Below, piece by piece: positions 1 to 9,818 of a stretch of 20,000 bases of DNA. This stretch comes from Thraustochytrium aureum. Lineage: Eukaryota. Each line of letters starts with the position of its first letter. Position 1 is the stretch's first letter. A program made the translations under genes and the position numbers. A model generated the notes under the pieces. It had not been told where the DNA came from, searched no databases, and saw only the letters and a list, made by a program, of their open reading frames with translations. Location: positions 80,090-100,089 of the forward strand of contig BLSG01000449.1 in NCBI GenBank assembly GCA_012862495.1, read 5' to 3'.

Positions 1-3000
1 CAAGAGCGGGCCTTCCCGCGCGATGTACTCGCGCAAGGTTACAGTTTCGTCAATGAGGGCGCACGTGCCAGCAAGGAGCTCCTTTACGCCCGGCGGGACG
101 CTAGCCCCGACGAAAGGCAACCCGCTGAGCCCTGAGCTGATCTGGTCGAGGCAATCCTGCTTGTCTCCGGAAAGCGAGTCGCACAGGAGAGCGCCGTCCA
201 AGGCCCCGCCTTTGCTCTTGAAGAGGGCGGCCACGTTGTCCAACTCTGTCTTGCAGACGTCATCCAGCTCGAGAACACTGGCGCCGATAGCCAGCAGGCT
301 CGGGAGGCGCTCGAGCAAAACCTTTCGCGAGTCGCCTTTCGCGTTGATGACGCTGCACGCAGTTGCCAGCATCTCCCCCGAGCGCTTCGGCACAAAGTCG
401 CGCACGATCGGCAAGCGGCCAAGCATCTCCTCCACCAGAACCATGCAAGGACCCGGGACGGCAGCGCACATGTCGCGCGTGCTGAAGAGCGGGCCGGAGA
501 GGGCAAAGTCGGAGATCTTCTTGCCGCAGTTTTGCTGCTCCTCTGCGGTCCCGTACAGCAAGGCTCGCTTGCTAGAACCGCTGTCCCCGAGCACTTTACC
601 CAGAACCAACAAGATATTCGGGAGGAAGGAGGCCAGTCCGCTGCTGTCCGTGGCGTTGTCCGACATTTTGAGTTGGCCGCTGGCTGGAACGTGCTTCTGC
701 ATCTCACAAACGTCCTTCAGGAGATCCACCACAGAGTCGGGGACGTGTTCGCCAACAAGCGGCAGCGACTGCATCGATTCGACGAGCTCCTTTGTGCACA
801 CGTCTTCGATGTTGCAGATCTTGCGCGCGTCAAAGGCGGCGGCGTTGCGGCCCCCGCGCGAGTTCAGGTCGAACTCCAGCTCTACTTCGGTGCGACACAA
901 GTCGCTCACCTTGCCGTGGTTGCCGACAACGATGCTGCCCATTGCGTGAAACAGGGTCGGGATGTGCGAGACCAGTGCAGCATAGCTCGCGCGGTCGGTG
1001 ACCATCGCGCAGGACGCCCCAATGAGCTCGTCAAGGCCAGTCGGCAAGCTCGTTCCTACGAAGGGCAGCTTGCGTAGGGACAGGACGATTTCTGTGACGC
1101 ACTGCTGGTCAACTGCGCTGCAAAAGTCGCGGCTCGAGAACTCGCCCTTGGCGGCGAGCGTTGCCGTGACGTCGATGAGTTGCTGTCCGCAAGAGTCAGA
1201 GGGGTGGCCCAACAGGTTGCCCAGGACGTGCAGCAGCGTCGCTAGATGCGGCAGAAGCGAGAAGATGTCCCGCTCCTCCGCGACCAAGTAGGCGCAAGAC
1301 TCGTGCACGAGGTCGGCGAGCCCATCAGGCACGAATGCTGACGCCATCGGGACCTTGGCCAGGCTAGATGTCAGCTGGTCCACGCAGTCCGAGCCTGGCG
1401 ATTCGCTCTCGACGTGGAGACCATGGCAAACCAGCTCGGCGGACATGCCGCCCTTGTCATAATCCGCTCCTACGCCCCGGAGCGCCGTGCCGCACGTGTT
1501 GTCGACTCCTTGAACATCTGCGGCTGCGCGAAGCAGCCCGCCAAGGTGCTTGCTCAAGAACACAGACATGGATTGGTCGCCGTCGCGCACGGCGCACAGG
1601 TCGACGAGGAGGTCCCCAGCAGACAGTGGCACGAACTTGCCAATAAGAGGCAGGTTGGAGATTCTCGCCATGTAGTGCATGACGCAGGAATCGTCCACCT
1701 TACAGAGCTTGCCACCGCTGCTGCGAATGGAGCCCAGGCACGGCGCGTCGACACCAGCTATTGTTCCGGCGCTGATGAGGAGCTTGGGCAGCAGCGTCTC
1801 GAGGAAGACCGTCTTGTTCAGTGCCGGGCCGACACCCGCATTCGCTGCGAAAATCTGACATCCAGCATCAAGCGAGTCGACAAACGCAGGAACGAACCCT
1901 TTGGGCAGGGCTTGGGCGACGCCAGGCACCGATTCGAGCGCAGCGCCAAACTCTAGAACGCAAGCGCGCTCCTTCGGGCTCGTCCTGCACATTACAAGGA
2001 TGTCGCCCGCTTCGTCTGTCATCTTGCTCGCATGCTTGGCAAAATAGCCCTGGAGGTCTGTTGCACACTCGCCGCCAAACTTCGGGACCATGTCCTTGAT
2101 CACAGGCACCGAGGCGGCGTGTTGCATCGCTTGAATAAAGGCGGGCATGTTTGAGAATAGTCGAGCAAGGCGAACCCCTTCAATGCCGTGGGCCATCTCG
2201 GAAAGCACCCCGCACGCCTCGTCCAAAACATCATACAGGGTGGTTCGTACGGTGGCCTCCATCGTGGTATACTTTCCCCTGTACGTGCGCGAAAAGAACA
2301 TGAAGGCCTGGCGCACCTCGCTTATGCCGTCCAGCTCCCGCGCAATAAGGAGCATGCATCCGCGCTCTGCCTCGTTGATGGTGCACACTTTGGCAAGCGC
2401 GTCTGGGGCGCCCGCATAGCTTGTCACGTTCTCCACTGCGCTGACGCAGATCTCGCCCCCAAACTCCGGCAGCAACGTGTGCAGCACCGGCATTTTTCGC
2501 AGGTTGTACACGATGCGGACCACTTGCTCCATGCTACCAAAGAGCGAAGAAAAGTCAAGCGAGCCCATTGCGTCAAAGAGCGTGCACGCGTCCGTGCGTA
2601 TCGCAAAGACAGCCTTAACCAAGCCATCAACGCTGTACGGCGTCCCGTTGGGCTGCAGGGGAAGCGAATTCGTGATCAAGTTGGCGATGAGGCTCACTTT
2701 GCCCACAGCCTGGACGGTGTGCTCGAAACAGTCCACTTCGGGCCCCGTGTAGTTACAGAGCACCGCAGACAGCCCTGAAAAGTCAAGCGAAGTTGAGAGG
2801 TACAGGAGCCCCTGCTCCTCCGCGATGCGGGCGCCATATTCGAGCTTTTCCGCGATCGGTCCTGCGAAAGTAGCCTGGCACTCTGGCGAGATTTGTGGCA
2901 TGTAGGGCTCGAGGAAGTCGATCTGCGCGAGCTGCCCGATCACGTGAACGAGGTCGGGGATGGTCTTGATGAAAGCGAGCATGTCCAGCTCGAGGATCTC

Positions 3001-6000
3001 GCCTAGTGCGGGGCAGGCCACGTTGCGCAGGATACCAATCAGATTTCGCACTACGCCGCGCGGGAGCATGTCTACCAGCACGGGGAGGGTTTCGACGTTG
3101 TCACCTACGAGGCTCAGACACTCGAATGTTGCGAGCGACGAGGCGCACAGCTCCGCAGGGACGAGACCAAGGTCGCTGAGCTGCCCAAGGCGAGTGCCGA
3201 GCTCCTTCACGCGACCTCTGCATGTGTCACCTATGTCCACCTTGTACAACCCTGCCGTGAGCGCAACTTGATCGATCTCGAAGAACAGGTCGATCACTGC
3301 TGGCACGTAGGTCAGGAGCTGGGCCGGCTCAAACGTGCCCTGGTCGCCCAAAACGAGGCACACCGCTGGGATAACCTCAAACGTGGCTGCCACGAGGCCC
3401 TTCGCGTCGGGGACGACGCCTGCAGCCCACGAAGTTGCCTGCACGCTCTCCGCAAAGTCAAAGGCGCACTGTCTTGTACTGTCGCCCATCTGGCACAACA
3501 CAGCGCTTACACCAAGCGCTGGATTGTTGAGTTTTGCGGCGAGATCCTCCACGCTGTCCAAGCAGGTGCCAGGCATGCGCGGCACGAAGCTGCGCAGCAT
3601 CGGATAGGCCCACAGCGCGTCAATGAGGGCAAACGTGCGTGGGAGCTGAGCGACAATCCCTTGGTACGAAATCTCGCCCAGCTCGTCAAACGCAGGGCAA
3701 ACTATATCGTCGAGGGCGTGGACCAGGAGGCGCAGCAAGCTCTGGTGGCCTGCTTGGGCGTGCGCTGCTGCTGCAGTCGCCTCGTCCCCATACAAGAGCT
3801 TTGAAAGCGACGGAGTCTCCTCGATCGCGTCGCCGAGCAGGGCCAGGCACTCGATGTCGAGGGAGGTGAGTCCCCGGGCAGCGTCCCGGTCGCAAAGCGC
3901 CGAAACTGAAAAATTCGACAGTACGAGCGAGATGTGCGGAAACGCGTCCGACTTGCAGTCCCCGCCAGGCACGACAGGGAGGTATTCAGCTGCAAAGTCC
4001 GGGGCAAGTGCGTGCACTCGATCCACAATGTGCAAAACCGTGTCAATATGGGCGAGCAGGGAGGTCGCGTCCACCTCCCCATCCGCTGGCGGCGTTCCGA
4101 GCAGCGTGCACACAGCAGAGAGCGGCTCGCCAATGATCTCCTTCAGGAGGCCCGGGCGGCCAAGCATCTCGCGAACGAGCGCAACTTGGTCGATTGCGTC
4201 CGAGAGCGCCCCAATGCAGGTCTTGTCGGCGGCGTTCAGTCCTGTACAGAGCAGCCCAGGAATATCCACTTCGCCCTCTCCGAGGACTGCTTGCTTGATT
4301 TTGGTGGAGATGGAAAGCAAGGTGGCCTCTTTGCACTCTTCCGCCGGGAAAGGAGGGGCAAGGTCGCGCAGCGCCACTGGAAGACCGTCGCGGAGCTGTT
4401 TGTAGATGCTCCCAATCTCCGGAACGACGTCAAACACGGCCTCAAAGTCTATGGCCCCGTCGGGTGGCTGAATGACGCGCTCAATGACCTGGCAAGCCGT
4501 CGGCAAAATCGAGGCGAGCGCCTCGACAAGGGGCTTGGTGCGCATATCCGGCGAGATGAACGCAAGAGTGTCGACCTCGGCGGCGAGTTCGACAAAGCAG
4601 TTTGGCACCTTGAGATGGTCTTGCAAGAGCGCTGTGCACATGGTTCTCGGGAGCATGGCGAGGTTGTCCTCTTTGAACAAGGCTCCAGAGGGCGCCACAA
4701 ATGCTCTGAACTCGTCCGCACAATTGGCACTCACTCGCGGCACATAATCGTCGAGAATCTTGAAACTCGACAGCTCATCCAAGAGGTCGAGGACATGCGG
4801 GATCAAAAGGAACACGTTGTCCGCGATAGAGAGCGCAGAGCTGCTTTCGTACAGGCTGTCGACGACAAGACAGGCACCTGGAAGCGCCTCAAACACCACG
4901 TCGACCACCGATACAACCGAGGCTGATTCCGAAGCCGACGCTGCGCCAAGCTGCGATGAGGCGAGCTCGGCAATCATTGGGATGCCCATGACGCTCGCTA
5001 CGAGCTCCCGGATGCACGCTTTCTCAGGCGAGGTGATTCCGCAAACAGCGTGCGGCAGCCCAGCGAGGCCATTTTTTTCGAACCGCGGGACCAGTGAGGT
5101 CTTGTACGTTGCCGAGCAAGCGATTGAGATGTCGGGCACGTACGCCTTCAGCGCGTCTATCGTGTTCAGCTCGTGCAAAAGGTCCAGCAGGCTGGGGATG
5201 CTGGAAACAATTGAAGCATAGTCAAAGTCGCCGAGTTCGCTAACCAGTCGGCAAGCGGTTGGCAGCGTGTCCAGCACCTCGTCCACAATGCCCGCTGGGA
5301 CCAGCCCCGAGTACACCGTCATTCCAGCCACGTCCTGCCCAACCTTGCGTAGACACTCGTTGGTTCCGTCGGGCATATCGCAGAGCGCTCCTGGGACACC
5401 AGCAACGCCACGCGCTGAGAGGCTTGCAGCAAGAGTGTGGAAACCACCCATGCAGCTTTCTGAAATCGGCGGGATGAACGGCTGCACGAACTCGATCTCC
5501 TTCAACCCGTCCAAGAGCGACACGAGGACGGGCAAATAGGTCAGGATGACGTCCGGGTTTGTAAAGTCCTGCGAAGCCGCGGAGGCGACATCGAAAACCA
5601 GCGAGCATACCAAAGGAAGGAGCTTGACCAGGTCCAACGCGAGCGAGTGGGTCCCAGGCACCATGTCCGCGATCCACTGCACCTTCTCCAGGCTGCCACC
5701 AAACTCCGCCATGCAGGTTTTGACGCTCGCGTCAGTCTCCTTACAGAGAGCGTGTGTCATGGCCTCCTCTGGACTCGTCGCGGAGTTTGCCCCGAGCTCG
5801 GCGGCTTTCGCGAGCGAGTCGCTGAGTCGACCAACCTCATTCATGCACGACGCTGGCACACCTGGGATATACTCGCGCAGCAGCGTAAAGTTGGTGTGAA
5901 GCGTGTTGACAATCTCCAGTGCGTGGGGGAGCTGCCGAGCGAGGTCGGCTATTTCGAGATTCTCCAGCTCATGAAAGAGTGGGCATGCGTAGCCCGAAAC

Positions 6001-9000
6001 AACCTGCAATGCGTACCGAACGAGGCCACGACCCCCGATGAGCTCCACAAAGATTTCTACCCCATCCATCGCGTCGCCCAGCAGAGCAAGGCACTCTGTC
6101 TCCGCCGGCTCAAGCCCGCACAAAACCCCGGGAATTTGGCCAGGGCCGCCGACCCGCAAGGTTTTCGCAAACTTGGCGCTGGTCGAGTTGTACCTGTCGT
6201 CGCACTGCGCGTGCGGGATCACCGGCAAATAGCCGCGGAGGAACTCTGGCATGTTGGCGCGAAGCGACGTGATGATGCGGAGGATTTCAGGGATGTTTTC
6301 GATCATGCTCGCGTAGTGAATATTGTCGAACGCGTCGCCAATGATCGAGCACGCTCGCGGGATGTCCACGGTGATGAGCGACTGCAAAAAGCCTTTGCGA
6401 AGCCCAAGCGCAGAGAGCAGGGCAGGCTGCTCGTCAATGGAGTCACCCAGGGCAACGATGCACCCGCGCTCTGCGTCTGAGGCCTGCAGGCAAACTGCGT
6501 CGAGAACACGCGAGGCTTGAATCGACTCGGTCGCGGTGGCGAAGCTGATTAGGCGCTGGAAGTTGGCAACGACGTCGTCCGAGCACTGCTCTTTTGGAAA
6601 CTTTGGTAGGTAGCCCTGAACAAAGCTCGGGGCCATCGGCTGCAGGCTGGCGTACCAATCGAGAATTGTCGGGAGCGACTCTATGATCCCGGTCGAGTTC
6701 CAGTCCACGAGACTCGAGTCTGGGCTCAGCAGCTGGCATGCGCTCGGGAGTAGCGTGGTGGCAACAGTCTGGATGACGCCGCGCCCCCCTAGCTGCGCTC
6801 GAATGAGTTCGACGTCGTCAAAGGCGTCGCCAAGCTCGACGAGGCATCGTGGGTAGTCGAGCTGCGGCCAGCGCACACAGATCTCGCGGATGAGCTCCGA
6901 AAACGAATACGACTCGACAAAGGCGAATTCGGTAAACTCTTGCGCCATGGCCTGAAACGCGTTGCGACAGTGGAGGTCGACCGGTATGCGAGGAATGTAG
7001 GCTTGAAGCGGGTACAGCGAAGCAGATGCTGACCCAGCAAGCCGGCGGTCTTGCAGCGCGGCAGGGCGCCGCGCCAGCGCGTCTACAAGAAGCAAAAGGT
7101 CCGGGAGTCGGCTGACGAGATTCTCCACGCTAAATTCGCCGGTTGCTGTGACGATGGACGTGCATACTTGCGGGATGATGCCGTCCACCACATGCTCGAG
7201 TGAGCCGGCTCCAATCTGCTCGCGGATGAAGGAGACCGTGTCAATGGCGCGCGACAGGCGCACGAGACAGCTGTTGTGGCTGACACGGGAGCAGATGCGG
7301 CTCAAGGTGTTGGTGTCCTTGCCGTCGATGATGTCGGCAACCCAAGCCGCAAACTTTGCCATTTGCGTCGAGCAGGACTGGCTCTTGAAAAACGCGTGGA
7401 CTTGGGGCATCTCGTTTTGCAGCGGGACAATGTCGAGCGCGCCGACGGCCGTGATGATCGTCGGGAGCGCCCGGACGAGGTCGCCCGCGTCAATCGAGGT
7501 CCCGTCTACGGCTTGGCACACTTTGGGGAGCAGCTCCTGAAAAATAGTCCGGAACGTCTCATAGGGGCCGGCTTTCGCGACATTGTCTGCGAAGAGCGGC
7601 TTGATGAGTGCGTTCTCGTCGAGGGCTCGACCAATCGCGAGGAGGCACGTCGTGGGGCCCCTGTCAGCGACCTTGCAAAGTTGCTGCGGGAGGAAAGCTG
7701 TGTTGTCGATCCCATACGCAATGTCCGCGGCGAGCTGGCCCACTGTGGCCTCTGGGCAGCTGGAGGCCGGCCACGCAGGCACGTACGACTTGAAGGCTGC
7801 TATTTGGGACAGATCTTGGTACCACTGGACAAGATCGGGGATTTGGCGCACGATGTTTGCCGCATTCAGCGAGTTGCCGAGCTGTCCGTCCGGCCTGTCC
7901 AAGTCGATCAAGCGGCGCGTAATTGCGCACGCGCCTGGGATCGTCTCGGTGATGACGGCCCGCAATGTGCCTTTGCCAATGGCTTCTCGTGCGAACGAGA
8001 GCTGGTCGAGGCCGTCAGAGAGGCGCGTCATGCACTTGCTGCCGCTCACCTTGTCGCCGCACACCACTCGAATCATGTCGAGGGGCGAGCCTGTGTCAAG
8101 CGCGGCGTCGATCTCCTCGACGAGCTGGGCAAACTCGTTCCCGCACGCGACTACCGTGCTGTGCACTCCTGGTAGGATGCTGTCCAGGAGGCCAAGGTCG
8201 AGGTCGCTGTAGAGTCGAAGGAGCACGGGGAGCTGGGAGAAGAGCGTCTCCATGGAGAAGAGCCCAAAGTTGGATATGGCCTTGCAGAGCGAAGGAAGGA
8301 CCTTCTCGGTGAGCTTGTGCAGGTGGCCATTTCCGAGAGCCTCTGCAATCCAGTCCACTTGGTCAATGTTGCGCAGAAGCCCTGTGAGGCAGTCCTGCGT
8401 TGCACTTGGGCCGAGAGCTCTGCAAACCACGGTTGGCGCAGCCTCGATGCTAGCGCCGTCCCGGAACAAGCCTTTGTAGATGGCTTGCCCCGCGCTGCCC
8501 AACAAAGGAGCGCAGCCCCGCGGCACGGTCGGAAAGTAGTCTTTGAGGATTGCGTAGCGCGTGAGCCGGGCGAGGACTTCCAGGAGGACCTCGAGCTTTG
8601 TGCCCGTGCCCGGGCTGCCGTCTGGGTTCCTAGCTACGTCAAAGAGGCTCTCCCAGCGGTCGAGGAAGCTTGTCACAGACCCAGAGAGGAGCCCGACCTT
8701 GGAGAGCTGGAAGCAGATTGCTGGAATGTCGAGGTAGAGCGACGTCATGAGCAACCTGATCTCGGTGATGACGTCTCGGACGTCCTCGGGAAGAAGCCCG
8801 ACGACCGGCTTGGTAAGCGCGACCGTAAGCACCGTCGAGAGTTGGTACAAGCAGCCGCGCATCGGTGGCTGAGCGTCGCACATAGCCTTGGGATAGTAGA
8901 ACACGGCTTGCTCCTTGTACTTGCTGTACGCGGCAAAAGCTCCCGCCGCTTCTCCGCACTTGTTCAATTCGATTATGCCCGCGATCGAGTCGAGGTCTTT

Positions 9001-9744
9001 GACGATCGACATGAACTCGGGCAGCTCGCGCAGCCAGTCGTCGAGGGTCCAAGCCCCGTCGGCAACCTGTTGCACCTTTTCAAGCAAGTGGCAGGTCTCC
9101 TCCATGCTGAGTCCGTCCATCGCGAGAGAGACACCAAAGCACAGCGCGGTTCTGCCGCACTCGCCTGCCTCTCCGCTGCAATAGATCGGGAGCACAAACA
9201 ATTCTCGCCCGCCGTGCGCTTCCCGCTCGATTACCTGTGCATCGTTGAGCGCCCTTCGGCGCTCCTCAGATGCTTGAGTCGCATCGTCACGGAGCCAGGC
9301 GCTCGAAAGCGGGACGTCATAGCCTTCCGCGCGTAAGATGCGCGCCACGTCTGCAGAGACAAAGTAAGGGAGCCGTTTGAGCTCCTCCTCAAATGGGACG
9401 GAGCTCTGCGCGGCAAGCTCGGGATGCCTCGCTCGAAAGCTCTTGCGCAGGTGCTGCGCAAATTCGATCTTGCGCCGCTCCAGAGCGACCTCCTCCTCAA
9501 GCCGCAGCGGAGAGCGGGACGCAAATTCTCGCTTCACGGGGTCAAAATGGCGCGAGGCCACGGTGAGTTCGACAAGCAAAGCGCCAAAGCCGACGTACCC
9601 GTCACTGGGCGAGAACGAGGCGCCCTTCAAGAGCGGCGCCTCAGCTCCTTGCTCGGCAAGCTCAGCGCTGCCCAGCGCTGCAGCGGGCACGGCGCCGGCT
9701 GCCAGAACTGCTGCCACTGCGGCAACGCACCTGAAGACACGCAT
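1..9744 (-). CDS. Giant secreted/surface protein with tandem 4-Cys helical repeats (at least 3248 aa, 3' end outside the window)
   Basis: Manual translation of the minus frame from ATG 9744 (context ctcgccATGc; upstream in-frame TAG at 9814-9816) found no stop down to position 1. It begins MRVFRCVAAVAAVLAAGAVPAAALG and leaves the window as ...LPFVGASVPPGVKELLAGTCALIDETVTLREYIAREGPLL. The ORF track lists no ORF terminating in this frame within 1-9744, consistent with no stop. Confidence 0.95.
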   Translation of the reverse strand, partial: MRVFRCVAAVAAVLAAGAVPAAALGSAELAEQGAEAPLLKGASFSPSDGYVGFGALLVELTVASRHFDPVKREFASRSPLRLEEEVALERRKIEFAQHLRKSFRARHPELAAQSSVPFEEELKRLPYFVSADVARILRAEGYDVPLSSAWLRDDATQASEERRRALNDAQVIEREAHGGRELFVLPIYCSGEAGECGRTALCFGVSLAMDGLSMEETCHLLEKVQQVADGAWTLDDWLRELPEFMSIVKDLDSIAGIIELNKCGEAAGAFAAYSKYKEQAVFYYPKAMCDAQPPMRGCLYQLSTVLTVALTKPVVGLLPEDVRDVITEIRLLMTSLYLDIPAICFQLSKVGLLSGSVTSFLDRWESLFDVARNPDGSPGTGTKLEVLLEVLARLTRYAILKDYFPTVPRGCAPLLGSAGQAIYKGLFRDGASIEAAPTVVCRALGPSATQDCLTGLLRNIDQVDWIAEALGNGHLHKLTEKVLPSLCKAISNFGLFSMETLFSQLPVLLRLYSDLDLGLLDSILPGVHSTVVACGNEFAQLVEEIDAALDTGSPLDMIRVVCGDKVSGSKCMTRLSDGLDQLSFAREAIGKGTLRAVITETIPGACAITRRLIDLDRPDGQLGNSLNAANIVRQIPDLVQWYQDLSQIAAFKSYVPAWPASSCPEATVGQLAADIAYGIDNTAFLPQQLCKVADRGPTTCLLAIGRALDENALIKPLFADNVAKAGPYETFRTIFQELLPKVCQAVDGTSIDAGDLVRALPTIITAVGALDIVPLQNEMPQVHAFFKSQSCSTQMAKFAAWVADIIDGKDTNTLSRICSRVSHNSCLVRLSRAIDTVSFIREQIGAGSLEHVVDGIIPQVCTSIVTATGEFSVENLVSRLPDLLLLVDALARRPAALQDRRLAGSASASLYPLQAYIPRIPVDLHCRNAFQAMAQEFTEFAFVESYSFSELIREICVRWPQLDYPRCLVELGDAFDDVELIRAQLGGRGVIQTVATTLLPSACQLLSPDSSLVDWNSTGIIESLPTILDWYASLQPMAPSFVQGYLPKFPKEQCSDDVVANFQRLISFATATESIQASRVLDAVCLQASDAERGCIVALGDSIDEQPALLSALGLRKGFLQSLITVDIPRACSIIGDAFDNIHYASMIENIPEILRIITSLRANMPEFLRGYLPVIPHAQCDDRYNSTSAKFAKTLRVGGPGQIPGVLCGLEPAETECLALLGDAMDGVEIFVELIGGRGLVRYALQVVSGYACPLFHELENLEIADLARQLPHALEIVNTLHTNFTLLREYIPGVPASCMNEVGRLSDSLAKAAELGANSATSPEEAMTHALCKETDASVKTCMAEFGGSLEKVQWIADMVPGTHSLALDLVKLLPLVCSLVFDVASAASQDFTNPDVILTYLPVLVSLLDGLKEIEFVQPFIPPISESCMGGFHTLAASLSARGVAGVPGALCDMPDGTNECLRKVGQDVAGMTVYSGLVPAGIVDEVLDTLPTACRLVSELGDFDYASIVSSIPSLLDLLHELNTIDALKAYVPDISIACSATYKTSLVPRFEKNGLAGLPHAVCGITSPEKACIRELVASVMGIPMIAELASSQLGAASASESASVVSVVDVVFEALPGACLVVDSLYESSSALSIADNVFLLIPHVLDLLDELSSFKILDDYVPRVSANCADEFRAFVAPSGALFKEDNLAMLPRTMCTALLQDHLKVPNCFVELAAEVDTLAFISPDMRTKPLVEALASILPTACQVIERVIQPPDGAIDFEAVFDVVPEIGSIYKQLRDGLPVALRDLAPPFPAEECKEATLLSISTKIKQAVLGEGEVDIPGLLCTGLNAADKTCIGALSDAIDQVALVREMLGRPGLLKEIIGEPLSAVCTLLGTPPADGEVDATSLLAHIDTVLHIVDRVHALAPDFAAEYLPVVPGGDCKSDAFPHISLVLSNFSVSALCDRDAARGLTSLDIECLALLGDAIEETPSLSKLLYGDEATAAAAHAQAGHQSLLRLLVHALDDIVCPAFDELGEISYQGIVAQLPRTFALIDALWAYPMLRSFVPRMPGTCLDSVEDLAAKLNNPALGVSAVLCQMGDSTRQCAFDFAESVQATSWAAGVVPDAKGLVAATFEVIPAVCLVLGDQGTFEPAQLLTYVPAVIDLFFEIDQVALTAGLYKVDIGDTCRGRVKELGTRLGQLSDLGLVPAELCASSLATFECLSLVGDNVETLPVLVDMLPRGVVRNLIGILRNVACPALGEILELDMLAFIKTIPDLVHVIGQLAQIDFLEPYMPQISPECQATFAGPIAEKLEYGARIAEEQGLLYLSTSLDFSGLSAVLCNYTGPEVDCFEHTVQAVGKVSLIANLITNSLPLQPNGTPYSVDGLVKAVFAIRTDACTLFDAMGSLDFSSLFGSMEQVVRIVYNLRKMPVLHTLLPEFGGEICVSAVENVTSYAGAPDALAKVCTINEAERGCMLLIARELDGISEVRQAFMFFSRTYRGKYTTMEATVRTTLYDVLDEACGVLSEMAHGIEGVRLARLFSNMPAFIQAMQHAASVPVIKDMVPKFGGECATDLQGYFAKHASKMTDEAGDILVMCRTSPKERACVLEFGAALESVPGVAQALPKGFVPAFVDSLDAGCQIFAANAGVGPALNKTVFLETLLPKLLISAGTIAGVDAPCLGSIRSSGGKLCKVDDSCVMHYMARISNLPLIGKFVPLSAGDLLVDLCAVRDGDQSMSVFLSKHLGGLLRAAADVQGVDNTCGTALRGVGADYDKGGMSAELVCHGLHVESESPGSDCVDQLTSSLAKVPMASAFVPDGLADLVHESCAYLVAEERDIFSLLPHLATLLHVLGNLLGHPSDSCGQQLIDVTATLAAKGEFSSRDFCSAVDQQCVTEIVLSLRKLPFVGTSLPTGLDELIGASCAMVTDRASYAALVSHIPTLFHAMGSIVVGNHGKVSDLCRTEVELEFDLNSRGGRNAAAFDARKICNIEDVCTKELVESMQSLPLVGEHVPDSVVDLLKDVCEMQKHVPASGQLKMSDNATDSSGLASFLPNILLVLGKVLGDSGSSKRALLYGTAEEQQNCGKKISDFALSGPLFSTRDMCAAVPGPCMVLVEEMLGRLPIVRDFVPKRSGEMLATACSVINAKGDSRKVLLERLPSLLAIGASVLELDDVCKTELDNVAALFKSKGGALDGALLCDSLSGDKQDCLDQISSGLSGLPFVGASVPPGVKELLAGTCALIDETVTLREYIAREGPLL
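61..8958 (-). repeat. Protein-level tandem array of 25 diverged 4-Cys units
   Basis: Pattern C-x(11-40)-C-x(5-14)-C-x(29-49)-C, preceded by an L..LP.L helix. The 4th Cys codon lies near 8713, 8284, 7928, 7517, 7162, 6737, 6350, 5984, 5605, 5252, 4871, 4493, 4109, 3698, 3359, 3014, 2585, 2213, 1859, 1595, 1295, 1010, 707, 356 and 62. Not evident as a DNA-level repeat. Confidence 0.9.
9670..9744 (-). other. Predicted N-terminal signal peptide of the giant protein
   Basis: MRVFR (basic n-region), CVAAVAAVLAAGAV (hydrophobic core), PAAALG (small residues, plausible cleavage region). Confidence 0.8.
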
Positions 9745-9818
9745 GGCGAGGTACGCTGCCGTTTTCGAAGCCAAACCAAAAAAGCAACCGCGTCCGGCCC
9801 GAGAACCTCCCGCCTACT

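Noticed and set aside
23..9524. Many long plus-strand and off-frame ORFs (e.g. 23-949, 3934-4926, 5647-6480, 7276-8175, 8317-9336)
   Set aside because: Antisense or frame shadows of the giant GC-rich minus-strand CDS; Ser/Arg- or His/Arg/Val-biased with no motifs.
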